DNA from: Actinophytocola sp.
Lineage (GTDB): Bacteria; Actinomycetota; Actinomycetes; Mycobacteriales; Pseudonocardiaceae
NCBI GenBank assembly: GCA_009379975.1
Contig: WHSS01000003.1
Span: 156 to 64,155 of the forward strand
Length of the DNA stretch: 64,000 nucleotides
Direction: 5' to 3'
Shown: in pieces, positions 49,251 to 58,457 of the stretch
Layout of the letters: each line of letters starts with the position of its first letter
How positions within the stretch are numbered: position 1 is the stretch's first letter
Made by a program: the position numbers and the translations under genes
The notes under the pieces: generated by a model
What the model saw: only the letters and a program-made list of their open reading frames with translations
Databases searched by the model: none
What the model was told of the DNA's origin: nothing

Positions 49251-50062
49251 GCACGCTGCGACCGCCGCGCTTCGAACCGGGCACGTTCACGCCGGATCCG
49301 GCCAGGGGCCCCGTTGGCCGCATGCTGCTGACCCACGCCCGGATCGAGACCATGCTCACGCTGCGGCACGGCGAGCAGGTGCTGCTGACCCTGCTCATCC
49401 CGCTCGCGCTGCTGATCGGGCTCAGCGTGCTCGACCTGCTGCCGGCGAGTCAGCTCGTCGCAGGGGACGGCGGCAGCGTGGCGAAGGTCGACTGGGTCGC
49501 GCCCCGGATCCTGGCGCTCGCGGTGCTGTCCTCCGCCTTCACCGGGCAGGCGATCGCGCTGGGTTTCGACCGGCGGTACGGCGTGCTGAAACGCCTGTCG
49601 GCGACGGCGCTGCCCCGGTGGATGCTGGTCACCGGCCGGATCATCGCCGCGCTGGTCGTCGTCACTCTGCAGGTGCTCGTACTCGGCGGGGTGGCCGCGA
49701 TACTAGGCTGGCAACCCGAACCCGCGGGCGTGCTGTTCGCCGTCGTGCTGCTCGCCGTCGGGACCATCAGCTTCGGCGCCCTCGGTGTGCTGCTCGGCGG
49801 GGCGCTGCGCGCGGAGGCCGTACTTGCGCTGGCCAACATCGTGTGGTTCGCGCTGTTGCTCGCCGGGGGCATCCTGCTCGCCCCTGCCTCGCTGCCCGCC
49901 GGGGTGGCCGCGGTGGTCGAGTTCCTGCCGTCGGGCGCGCTCGCCGAGGGCTTACGCGCCGCTCTGCTCGACGGCTCGTGGGGCTGGGGCCCGCTCGCGG
50001 TGCTCGGCGGGTGGGCGGTCGCGGCCGCCGCGCTCGCCACCCGCACCACGAAGCTGACCTGA
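49247..50062 (+). CDS. ABC-2 type transporter permease
   Basis: Six predicted TM helices. Coupled to the ATPase gene by a 4-nt overlap. Confidence 0.8.
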   Translation: MSTLRPPRFEPGTFTPDPARGPVGRMLLTHARIETMLTLRHGEQVLLTLLIPLALLIGLSVLDLLPASQLVAGDGGSVAKVDWVAPRILALAVLSSAFTGQAIALGFDRRYGVLKRLSATALPRWMLVTGRIIAALVVVTLQVLVLGGVAAILGWQPEPAGVLFAVVLLAVGTISFGALGVLLGGALRAEAVLALANIVWFALLLAGGILLAPASLPAGVAAVVEFLPSGALAEGLRAALLDGSWGWGPLAVLGGWAVAAAALATRTTKLT

Positions 50063-50096
50063 GTCACACTGCGCCTCACCTGGAGGGCTGGCAGGT

Positions 50097-51086
50097 ATGG
50101 ACGCCACATACCATCGACGCGTGCAGTTAGCCCGCCTTATCGCCCGCCTGCCGTATCCGTCCCGCTCCGCGCAGCGGGGAGTCGCCCTCGCCGCGATCAT
50201 CACCCAAGCCGGCATCGGCGTTACCGGCTCGGTCGTGCGGGTCACCGGCTCCGGGCTCGGCTGCTCGACCTGGCCGCAGTGCCACGAAGGCTCCATGTTC
50301 CCGGTCGAACACCCCGAGTACGAGGCACTGAACCAGTGGATCGAGTTCAGCAACCGGATGCTGACCGGCGCCGTGGTGTTCGTCGCCGCGCTGTGCCTGC
50401 TTGCCGCGCTGCGGATCCGGGTCGATCAACCCGGGCGCAAGCGGTTGCTGCTGCTCGCCGCCGCCATGCCGGCCGGGGTCTTCCTGCAGGCGGCGATCGG
50501 GGGCGTCACGGTGCTCACCGAGTTGTTGTGGTGGACCGTCGCGGTGCATTTCCTGACGTCGTCGTTGCTGGTCTGGCTCGCCGTGATGCTGCTCCACGCC
50601 TTCGACGAAGGCGATGAACCGCCGCGATGGCTCATCGGGACCACCGGGCGCACCCTGCTCGTGCTGCTCGCCGGGTCGCTGGCGTCGCTGCTGACCGCGG
50701 GCACCCTGGTGACCGGGGCCGGACCGCATGGCGGCGACCCGGACACGCCAAGGCTGCGAGCACCGATCGGCGTCCTTGCCACATTGCACGCCGGGTTGCT
50801 GGTCGGGTTCCTCGTCGTCCTCGTGCTGATCGGGCTGTCGCTGCTGCGTACTCCCGCGCCCCCTCGGTTCGTGCGCCGCTATGCCGTGCTCTGGGCGGTG
50901 GCACTCGCTCAGGGCGGGCTGGGTTCGCTGCAGTACCAGCTGGGCGTGCCGGAGGCGCTGGTGTCGTTCCACGTGCTCGGCTCGGCGCTGGTCGTGATCG
51001 CCACCGCGGCGCTGTGGTGCGCCGCCCGGGATCGCGGGCCGGTGCCTACCCCCGTGGCGCGCGAACTCAGCGCCGCCGCTGGATGA
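50097..51086 (+). CDS. ctaA: heme A synthase (COX15/CtaA)
   Basis: GVTGSVVRVTGSGLGCSTWPQCHEGS, followed by 7-8 TM helices with conserved His residues. Confidence 0.85.
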   Translation: MDATYHRRVQLARLIARLPYPSRSAQRGVALAAIITQAGIGVTGSVVRVTGSGLGCSTWPQCHEGSMFPVEHPEYEALNQWIEFSNRMLTGAVVFVAALCLLAALRIRVDQPGRKRLLLLAAAMPAGVFLQAAIGGVTVLTELLWWTVAVHFLTSSLLVWLAVMLLHAFDEGDEPPRWLIGTTGRTLLVLLAGSLASLLTAGTLVTGAGPHGGDPDTPRLRAPIGVLATLHAGLLVGFLVVLVLIGLSLLRTPAPPRFVRRYAVLWAVALAQGGLGSLQYQLGVPEALVSFHVLGSALVVIATAALWCAARDRGPVPTPVARELSAAAG

Positions 51087-51864
51087 GCGCGGCGACGCCG
51101 TCGAGCACTCGCGCCAAGCCGAATTCGAAGGCACGGCCCGGGTGGTAAGCCCCGCCTTGCGCCGCTCCCGCCGCTGAACCCACGCGTACCGCGACGGGGT
51201 AGCCTGCCGGGTCGAGCACGGCGTCGAACGCGGGCTGATACGCCGCCCACCACTGCTCGTCGCTCATTCCGGTGCTCCGCTCGGCGCCCGCCGCCGCCAG
51301 CCCCTCCCGGACCGCGCTCTGCACGTAGCCGATCAGCAGGGTGAGGACCGAATCCATCTCGATGTCGTCGAGGCCGATCCCGTCGATGGCTCGCAGTTCC
51401 CGGTCATACTTGGCGATCACCCCGGGGCCCATCACCGGACGGCTCATCGCGATCGAGAGCAGCCACGGGTGCCACTCGAGCAATGCGCGGTTCTCTCGCG
51501 CCAGCGTCGCCAGCCGGTCGCGCCAGCCCTCGCCGGGGACGTCGCCGGTCGGCAGCTCGGCGTACACCCCGTCCAGCATCAGGTCGATCAGCTCCGCCTT
51601 GCTCGGCACGTAGGTGTAGAGCGCCATCGCCGAGACACCGAGCTCTGCCGCCACCCGGCGCATCGAGAGCGCTGCCAGACCTTCGGCGTCGGCCAGCGCC
51701 ACACCCGCCTGTCTGATGTCGGCAACGCTCAGCCGCGGCTTCGGCCCCCGTTTGCGGCGCGGTGGCACTCCCCACAGCAACTCGATACTGCGCCGCGGAT
51801 CCCCGCTGCCGCCGTACGCCACACCATCGGATTCGCGCTCCTGCCGGGCCGTCACTCCGTACAT
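51067..51864 (-). CDS. TetR family transcriptional regulator
   Basis: RKRGPKPRLSVADIRQAGVALADAEGLAALSMRRVAAELGVSAMALYTYVPSKAEL. The ATG at 51864 is chosen; the track ORF starts at 51903, inside the hairpin. Confidence 0.8.
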   Translation of the reverse strand: MYGVTARQERESDGVAYGGSGDPRRSIELLWGVPPRRKRGPKPRLSVADIRQAGVALADAEGLAALSMRRVAAELGVSAMALYTYVPSKAELIDLMLDGVYAELPTGDVPGEGWRDRLATLARENRALLEWHPWLLSIAMSRPVMGPGVIAKYDRELRAIDGIGLDDIEMDSVLTLLIGYVQSAVREGLAAAGAERSTGMSDEQWWAAYQPAFDAVLDPAGYPVAVRVGSAAGAAQGGAYHPGRAFEFGLARVLDGVAALIQRRR

Positions 51865-51892
51865 CGTACGGTGTGCGGCTGGCGGCTTCAGC

Positions 51893-51935
51893 GAGTGTGA
51901 CACCCGGCCCGACCCACCGTCCGAACGTCACACTC
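51893..51935. repeat. repeat family B, copy 2 (degenerate hairpin)
   Basis: AGCGAGTGTGACACCCGGCCCGACCCACCGTCCGAACGTCACACTCACC aligns along its whole length with 21751-21801. Only the outer 9-bp stem GAGTGTGAC/GTCACACTC is retained. Confidence 0.7.
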
Positions 51936-51950
51936 ACCCAGCGGCGTCGC

Positions 51951-52820
51951 CTAGACCACCGCACCCACCGCGGCGGCGAGGCGATCAGCGGCGCGCTCCC
52001 CCGCCAACTTGAGGCCCAGCGACGGCTCAGCCAGTTCGAACTCCAGTAGCGTCGGCGCGCCGTCGGCGCCCCGCACCACGTCGACGCGCGCGTAGAGCAG
52101 ATCGGTGCGAGGCATGCCCAGCACCGAAGCGGCGGCGTCCATCGCGTCTTCGGCGAAGCTACGCAGCGCGGCACCTGGGTCGGCGACTTCGAGCCGCTCG
52201 GACACGAAGAGTCCGGACGCGTCGACGGCGGACCCACCGAGCATGGCGCCCTTGGTGAAGGCGTGCGAGTAGCGGCCCCCGATGAACACCATGGCGGTCT
52301 CGCCGTGGGTGTCCACATCGGATTGATAAGGCTGCACGAGGACCGAGTACCCGCCGTCGTGCAGCGCAGCGAGGTGTTCTCGCGCATCGGCCATCGCGCC
52401 AGCCGAGAACCGTTTGGCCCCACGGGAGCCCGCCCCGACCGAGGGCTTGACCACAAAGTCGTCCTCGGGCCACTCAGGCTGCCCGCCCGGCGCGACCAAC
52501 TGCGTAGGCACGACCGACAGCCCGGCACCCGCCAGTTCCAGCAAGTACGCCTTGTCGGTGTTCCACCGCACCACATTGGCGAAGTTGCGCAGCCGCGGCA
52601 CGGATTCGCACCAGCGGAGGAACTCCGCGCGCCGCGCCGAGTAGTCCCAGGTGGCCCGCAGCATCACCAGGTCGGCTTCCGCGGCGGCGTTGCCGGGGTC
52701 GTCCCAGACGATCCAGTCGGCGTCGAAACCGAGCCGTGACAGGGCGGGCAGCAGGATGTCTTCGTCGCCGTCGCCGCGGGGCAGCGCCTCGCAGGCGGCT
52801 AGCAGTACTCGAGGCGGCAT
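51951..52820 (-). CDS. ATP-grasp domain protein (RimK/glutathione-synthetase-like)
   Basis: 289 aa. RATWDYSARRAEFLRWC..NVVRWNTDKAYLLEL..VVKPSVGAGSRGAKRF..VLVQPY..ARVDVV fits the ATP-grasp fold pattern. Confidence 0.6.
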   Translation of the reverse strand: MPPRVLLAACEALPRGDGDEDILLPALSRLGFDADWIVWDDPGNAAAEADLVMLRATWDYSARRAEFLRWCESVPRLRNFANVVRWNTDKAYLLELAGAGLSVVPTQLVAPGGQPEWPEDDFVVKPSVGAGSRGAKRFSAGAMADAREHLAALHDGGYSVLVQPYQSDVDTHGETAMVFIGGRYSHAFTKGAMLGGSAVDASGLFVSERLEVADPGAALRSFAEDAMDAAASVLGMPRTDLLYARVDVVRGADGAPTLLEFELAEPSLGLKLAGERAADRLAAAVGAVV

Positions 52821-52823
52821 CGC

Positions 52824-53141
52824 TCAGCCGCGGAGCAGCGAACGGCCCATGCGCCGCCGGTGCGCCGAGCCGATCGCCGTCCGGTTCACCGTTTCGGCGT
52901 CCCAGTCGGCCCTCGCCAGTTCGTCGACGGCCTCGGTCAGCGCTTCACCGGAACTGATCGACGACACCATGACGTCCCCCATCGCGCCGTCGCCGCCAAT
53001 GAGGGCGACGCGGGCTCCCCTGCGACCCACCGGCGCGACAACAGCGCAGGCAGGCGTGCCGTGCGCGGCGATGAAGGCACGCACGGCGGAACGTTGCCGC
53101 CGCGTCGGCGCTTCGGTCCTCGATTCCTTCGGCTCGTTCAC
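52824..53141 (-). CDS. hypothetical protein (105 aa)
   Basis: GC3-rich ORF whose stop is 3 nt before the ATP-grasp start. I recognise no motif. Confidence 0.45.
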   Translation of the reverse strand: MNEPKESRTEAPTRRQRSAVRAFIAAHGTPACAVVAPVGRRGARVALIGGDGAMGDVMVSSISSGEALTEAVDELARADWDAETVNRTAIGSAHRRRMGRSLLRG

Positions 53142-53256
53142 GGCCGCGAGTCTAGATCGAAATGTGGGCCGTTAGGGCGCGCACCGGCGTGGCGATCGCC
53201 ATAATGTGAGGTAGGCACAGGAACAGCGCACCGCCCCGAACCTAGGAGGAGTTAGC

Positions 53257-54222
53257 ATGCCTATGGCCATCGCGGTCCGCACCACCGGTGGGCCCGACGT
53301 TCTGGAACACACCGACATCGAGACGCCCGTGCCGGGCTCGGGTCAGCTGCTGGTCGATGTCGACGCCGCGGGGGTCAACTTCATCGACACCTACCATCGC
53401 AGCGGCCTGTACCCGCTCGACCTGCCCTTCATCGCCGGCCTCGAGGGTGCGGGCACGGTGCGCGAGGCCGGGCCCGACGTGTCCACCTTCCGCGCGGGCG
53501 ATCGGGTGGCGTGGGCCGCGGCGCCCGGTAGTTACGCGGAGCAGGTGCTGGTCCCCGCCGCCGTCGCGGTCGCGGTCCCGGACGGCGTCAACAGCGAAGC
53601 GGCCGCTGCTCTGCTGCTGCAAGGCCTCACGGCGCATTACCTGGCCACCTCGGTGTATCCGGTGGCCGAAGGCGATCAGGTGCTGGTGCACGCGGCGGCC
53701 GGCGGCGTCGGCCTGCTGCTCACACAGGTGATCCGCGCCCGCGGTGGCCGGGTAATCGCCACCGTGTCGACACCGGAGAAGGAACGTCTGGCCATCGAAG
53801 CGGGCGCGGAGGCCGTCCTCGGCTACGACGACTTCCCGGAGCGGGTGCGCGAACTGACCAAGGGTCAGGGCGTCGCCGCCGTCTACGACGGAGTCGGCCG
53901 ATCGACCTTCGACGGCAGCCTCGAAGCAGTGGCCGTGCGCGGCACGGTCGCGCTCTACGGCGCGGCCAGCGGCCCGGTGCCACCCGTCGACCCGCAGCGG
54001 CTCAACAGCGCGGGCTCGATCTTTCTGACCCGGCCCACCCTGGTTCACTACGTCGCGAAGCGGGAGGAACTGGAATGGCGAGCCGGTGACATCCTCGACG
54101 CGGTCCGGGACGGCGCGCTGAACGTGCACATCGGAGGCCGGTACGCGCTGGCCGACGCCCAGCGTGCTCACTACGACCTCGAAGCGCGCCGGACAACGGG
54201 AAAGCTCCTGCTCCTCCCGTGA
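53257..54222 (+). CDS. qor: NADPH:quinone oxidoreductase (zeta-crystallin/MDR family)
   Basis: MDR pattern with AAGGVGLLLTQV. There is a strong AGGAGGAG RBS. Confidence 0.8.
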   Translation: MPMAIAVRTTGGPDVLEHTDIETPVPGSGQLLVDVDAAGVNFIDTYHRSGLYPLDLPFIAGLEGAGTVREAGPDVSTFRAGDRVAWAAAPGSYAEQVLVPAAVAVAVPDGVNSEAAAALLLQGLTAHYLATSVYPVAEGDQVLVHAAAGGVGLLLTQVIRARGGRVIATVSTPEKERLAIEAGAEAVLGYDDFPERVRELTKGQGVAAVYDGVGRSTFDGSLEAVAVRGTVALYGAASGPVPPVDPQRLNSAGSIFLTRPTLVHYVAKREELEWRAGDILDAVRDGALNVHIGGRYALADAQRAHYDLEARRTTGKLLLLP

Positions 54223-54225
54223 CCC

Positions 54226-54310
54226 GCGCTGAAAGACGCTTTCAGTCCGTTGAACGGACTGAAAGCGTCTTTCACTCCGTCCAGTGGACTGAAGGCGTCT
54301 TTCAGCGCGC
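54226..54310. repeat. palindromic intergenic repeat, family A, copy 4
   Basis: GCGCTGAAAGACGCTTTCAGTCCGTTGAACGGACTGAAAGCGTCTTTCACTCCGTCCAGTGGACTGAAGGCGTCTTTCAGCGCGC. The last 37 nt are identical to copy 1. The stop of the FKBP gene (54302-54304) lies inside the right arm. Confidence 0.9.
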
Positions 54311-54979
54311 GGGGCTTACGTCGATGACCAGCACGAGCGTCTCGTCGGCGGCGAAGCCGAGGCCTTCAGTGCCTTCTCCGCCTTCAGTGCCTTCTCCGCC
54401 GTCGCCGGAGCCCGGCGGGATGACGACCAGGGTGCGCGCGCCCTGCTGCATGCCGACCAGCGCCTCGTCGACACCCGGGGCGATCTCGCCCTCACCGACG
54501 GTGATCTGGCGCGGTTCGCTCTCGGTCTTGGAGCTCCAGGTGGACTCTTCCTTGCCCCCGGTGAGCCCGACGATGACGTAGTCCACCTCAACGGTGTCGC
54601 CTTCCGCGACCTCGGGGCCGTTACCCTCTTCCAGCACCTTGGTCAGCACCTTCTCCGGCGGAGTACAGTCCTCCGGCACGACGGGGGTCGGCTTGCTGCC
54701 GAGCTTCCCCTTGACCTTGAAGGCATCCACGGCGCATTCGCCGCCTTCCGCGCCCTCCCCGTGATGGGCGTCCGACGGCTGGGCGCTGGCAGGCGCCGAA
54801 ATGTTGAGCGTCGGCTCCGCACCGGGCGGCAGGTCGGAGTCCTGCTCCAGCGACGGGCTGCAGGCGGCGATCGCCATGACCGCCACACCCGCGATCACGG
54901 CGGCACCGGTGCGGGACGTCCGCACCTTGCCCACGCTCACACCCTGCTCCGACACGACGTTCTTACCTCGAATCCGCAT
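54302..54979 (-). CDS. FKBP-type peptidyl-prolyl cis-trans isomerase, lipoprotein
   Basis: Lipobox (MAIAAC) and an FKBP domain (GDTVEVDYV..ITVGEGEIAPGVDEALVGMQQGARTLVVIPP). Confidence 0.85.
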   Translation of the reverse strand: MRIRGKNVVSEQGVSVGKVRTSRTGAAVIAGVAVMAIAACSPSLEQDSDLPPGAEPTLNISAPASAQPSDAHHGEGAEGGECAVDAFKVKGKLGSKPTPVVPEDCTPPEKVLTKVLEEGNGPEVAEGDTVEVDYVIVGLTGGKEESTWSSKTESEPRQITVGEGEIAPGVDEALVGMQQGARTLVVIPPGSGDGGEGTEGGEGTEGLGFAADETLVLVIDVSPAR

Positions 54980-55044
54980 GCGAAGCAGACTAACGACCCG
55001 CTTCGTGGCCGCTCACACCGCCTTACCCGCAGGCGAGGGCTTCA

Positions 55045-57363
55045 TCACGCCCTCTGCGGGCCGCTGTCCCGGCACACGATGCCGAGCCGCTGGGTGGCCC
55101 GCGTCAAGGCGACGTACAGGTCGGAAAGGCCGCGCGAGGAAGAGGCCACGATCTGATCCGGCTCGACGACGATGACCGAGTCGAATTCGAGCCCCTTCGC
55201 CCGCTCAACGGTGAGCACCGAGACCCGGTCCAGCTGCACCCCGGCCCTGACCTCGGCTGCCAGTGAAGACGGACACAGTACGGCCACCGTCCCCTCCGCC
55301 ACGACGGCTCGCTCCGCGTCGGCCAGTTCCCGCAGCCGCTCGACCATCGTGTCCGGCGCGAGGTGCTCCCGCCACGGCGGTACCCCCGTCTCCCGGACCG
55401 AGACCGGCGGCCGCAGCCCGGCGTCGAGTTTCGCGAGCACCTCGGCAGCGACATCCATGATCTCGGCGGGTGTCCGGTAGTTCACGGTGAGCTCAGCCAG
55501 CCGCCAGCGATCTGCCACATACGGTTCGAGCGCCTGCTGCCACGACGCCGCGCCGCCCTCGGCACTGGTTTGCGCGACATCGCCGACGATGGTCATCGAT
55601 CGGCTCGGGCACCGCCGCATGATCATCCGCCAGTCCATCGCGGTGAGTTCCTGCGCCTCGTCGACGATCACGTGTCCGAACGTCCACGTCCGGTCAGCCG
55701 CGGCACGTTCGGCGGCGGTGAGCTTGCTGCGCTGTTGCTCACGCTCGGCGAGCAGTTCCGCGTCGAGCACATCGGCGACCCGCAGCCGCTCCTCATCGGC
55801 GATCTCGTCATCCTGGTCGAGCACGTGCAGCACACCCTGCGCATAGGCCAGTTGCTCACGCTGCTCCCGCTTCTCGGCGTCCTCGGTGTCGTCCTCGCCG
55901 AGCAGTTCCGCAAGTTCATCCAGCAGCGGCACGTCCGACGGCGTCCAAGCGCGTCCCCGGCCGCGGCGCAACACCGTGCGCTCGTCCGCGGTCAAGTACT
56001 CGCCCGCGGCCCGGTCCAGCCTGTCGGCGCGGGTGTAGAGGTCGGCCAGCACCTCTGCGGGCGTCAGCAGCGGCCACAGCGAGTCCAGCGCACGCCGCGT
56101 CGCCGGATCCGCGGCCAGCTCCGATCTGATGTCGGCGAGATCGCGCTGGTCCAGCATCTCGGTGTCCGGGTCCTCGCCCTCGGCGTAGCTGATCTCGTCG
56201 ACCGGATCGAGCACGTCGTGGGTCAGCCGGTCGGCGACCTGGTCGGCCAGCGCGTCCACCATGGCATCGAGGAATACCCGGCGCGCCAGGTTGTGCGGCT
56301 TGTCCGAGCGCCGCGCCTTATCCCGTGCGGCCGCACACGCCGCCGGTGCCAGCGTCACCCGGTCACCGTCCACCTCTACCTCGACCGGTTCCTCCGGCAC
56401 GCGTTGCCGATCGGCGATCGCCGCCCGCAGCACATCGGCCATCACCGTCCTGCCCTTGATCTCGGCGGTCGCCCGTGCGTCGGCACCTCGCGCCCGCGCC
56501 CCGGGAAACAGTTCGCCGACCGTCGCGAGCAGGACGCCGGTTTCACCGAGCGAGGGCAGCACGTGGCCGATGTAGCTCAGAAACGTCGAGTTCGGCCCGA
56601 CGACCAGCACTCCCCTGCTGGCCAGCCGGTTGCGGTGTTCATAGAGCAGGAACGCCGCGCGGTGCAGCGCGACGGCGGTCTTACCGGTACCCGGCCCGCC
56701 CTGCACCACCTGCACCCCGCTGAGCTCGGCCCGGATGATTTCGTCCTGCTCGGCCTGGATCGTCGCGACGATGTCGCGCATCGCATCACCGCGTTGCCGG
56801 TTCAAGGCGGCGAGCAGCGTCGCTTCACCCGCGAGACCAAGATCACGACCGGTCCTCCTGGCAGCCGCGGCGTCGAGGTCGAGCACCTCGTCATCCATGC
56901 CGACCACCCGCCGAAGCCGGGTCCGCAGGTGCCTGCGCCGCCGCACGCCCAGCGGCGAGGCCGCGGTCGCGAGGTAGAACGGCCGGGCAGCCGGAGCGCG
57001 CCAGTCGATGAGCAGCGGCTCGTAGCCGTCGTCCTCGTCGAACAACCCGATACGCCCGATGTGGCTGATACCGCCGTCCTCGAAGTCGAGCCTGCCGAAG
57101 CACAGCCCGGCCTCCACGCCCGAGAGCTGGGTCAGCCGCTCCCGGTACATCGTGGTGGCGACGTCCCGCTCGGTGCGCGCCTGCGGGGTGCCACCGGTAT
57201 CGCGCAGCGCCCTGGCCAGCCGCGCGGACGTGGCCTCCCGTTCGGCGTCGAGCTTGGCGTAGGCCTGGGTGACGTGGCGTTGTTCCGATTCGAGGTCGGA
57301 CTCCGTGATCTTCATGCTGTCGGTCGTGCGGTCGTCACCGGACGCGGACAAAGGCGGGCCCAC
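55045..57363 (-). CDS. helD: HelD-like UvrD-family ATPase (RNA-polymerase-associated)
   Basis: N-terminal coiled coil, then CFGRLDF..HIGRIGL..LIDWRAPAARPFY, and Walker A GGPGTGKTAVALHRAAF. The C-terminus has VAEGTVAVLCP and ERAKGLEFDSVIVVEP. The start is uncertain (57363 or the ATG at 57315). Confidence 0.8.
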   Translation of the reverse strand: MGPPLSASGDDRTTDSMKITESDLESEQRHVTQAYAKLDAEREATSARLARALRDTGGTPQARTERDVATTMYRERLTQLSGVEAGLCFGRLDFEDGGISHIGRIGLFDEDDGYEPLLIDWRAPAARPFYLATAASPLGVRRRRHLRTRLRRVVGMDDEVLDLDAAAARRTGRDLGLAGEATLLAALNRQRGDAMRDIVATIQAEQDEIIRAELSGVQVVQGGPGTGKTAVALHRAAFLLYEHRNRLASRGVLVVGPNSTFLSYIGHVLPSLGETGVLLATVGELFPGARARGADARATAEIKGRTVMADVLRAAIADRQRVPEEPVEVEVDGDRVTLAPAACAAARDKARRSDKPHNLARRVFLDAMVDALADQVADRLTHDVLDPVDEISYAEGEDPDTEMLDQRDLADIRSELAADPATRRALDSLWPLLTPAEVLADLYTRADRLDRAAGEYLTADERTVLRRGRGRAWTPSDVPLLDELAELLGEDDTEDAEKREQREQLAYAQGVLHVLDQDDEIADEERLRVADVLDAELLAEREQQRSKLTAAERAAADRTWTFGHVIVDEAQELTAMDWRMIMRRCPSRSMTIVGDVAQTSAEGGAASWQQALEPYVADRWRLAELTVNYRTPAEIMDVAAEVLAKLDAGLRPPVSVRETGVPPWREHLAPDTMVERLRELADAERAVVAEGTVAVLCPSSLAAEVRAGVQLDRVSVLTVERAKGLEFDSVIVVEPDQIVASSSRGLSDLYVALTRATQRLGIVCRDSGPQRA

Positions 57364-57455
57364 TCTCTCTGGCAGCTGGTGAAGTTCCCCTCGCCGAATG
57401 GCGGACCATCCACGTTACCGGGGGAATCCGGTCGCCGCCACGCGCCAGGAACGGC

Positions 57456-58457
57456 TCAGAACGGCAGGCCGAGCACCGGCAGGCCGATGGCCGAATCCAC
57501 CGCGAGCGCGCAGAACACGATCATCAGGTAGGTGTTCGACCGGTGGAACAACGCCATCGGCTTGGTCTTCTCCCCCGCCCGCACCGACGCGTAGAGACTG
57601 TGGGCGTAGAACAGGAACCAGCCGCCGGCCAGCACGGCGAAGCCGGCGTAGAGCCAGCTGGTCGCGGGCGCGAGCAACAGCGTCCAGCCGACCATCACCC
57701 ACGAGTAGATGACGATCTGCCGCGCGACGTGCTCGGCGGACGCGACCACCGGCAGCATCGGCACGCCTGCCCGCTCGTAGTCCTCCCGGTAGCGCATCGC
57801 CAGCGCCCAGGTGTGCGGCGGCGTCCAGAAGAAGATCACCCCGAACATGACGAACGCCGGCCACTCCACGGTGCCGGTCACCGCGGCCCAGCCGATGACG
57901 ACCGGCATGCAGCCGGCGGCGCCGCCCCACACCACGTTCTGCGCGGTGCGGCGCTTGAGCACCAGGGTGTAGACGAAGATGTAGAACAGGATCGTCGCGA
58001 TGGCCAGCGACGCCGCGAGCAGGTTCACCGTCGTATAGAGCACGACGAACGACGCGATACCGAGCGTCAGGCCGAAGATCAGCGCGCCCCGCCCCGACAC
58101 CGAGTCGCGCACCAGCGGGCGACGCTTGGTGCGGTTCATCACCTTGTCGATGTCGGCGTCGATCACGCAGTTCAGCGCGTTCGCACTACCCGCCGCCATG
58201 GTGCCGCCGAGCAGCGTGGCCAGCACCAGCCACGGCGAGGGGAACTCCCTGCCCGCCAGGAACATCGCCGGAATGGTCGTGACGAGCAGCAACTCGATCA
58301 CGCGCGGCTTGGCCAGCGCGGCGTAGGCGCCCATGCGTCGCTTGATCAGGTCGAACCGGGAGCGGGCATGTTCTACCAGCTTGACGTGCTCCCCGGCGTG
58401 AACACTGGGGATTCCCACGCGGCTATGCCGCGTCTGGGGCGCTTCCTGCTTCTTCAC
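57456..58457 (-). CDS. ctaB: protoheme IX farnesyltransferase
   Basis: [39 protein letters not shown]. Start candidates are the GTG at 58457 (after GGGAAGG, overlapping the tnpB relic), the GTG at 58418, and the ATG at 58334. Confidence 0.85.
   Translation of the reverse strand: MKKQEAPQTRHSRVGIPSVHAGEHVKLVEHARSRFDLIKRRMGAYAALAKPRVIELLLVTTIPAMFLAGREFPSPWLVLATLLGGTMAAGSANALNCVIDADIDKVMNRTKRRPLVRDSVSGRGALIFGLTLGIASFVVLYTTVNLLAASLAIATILFYIFVYTLVLKRRTAQNVVWGGAAGCMPVVIGWAAVTGTVEWPAFVMFGVIFFWTPPHTWALAMRYREDYERAGVPMLPVVASAEHVARQIVIYSWVMVGWTLLLAPATSWLYAGFAVLAGGWFLFYAHSLYASVRAGEKTKPMALFHRSNTYLMIVFCALAVDSAIGLPVLGLPF

Noticed and set aside
52824-53141. The 105-aa ORF as a graspetide precursor or LysW-type carrier for the adjacent ATP-grasp enzyme.
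   Set aside because: It has no Thr/Ser-Asp/Glu core repeats, no zinc-finger cysteines and no acidic C-terminal tail. It is retained only as a low-interest co-occurrence question.
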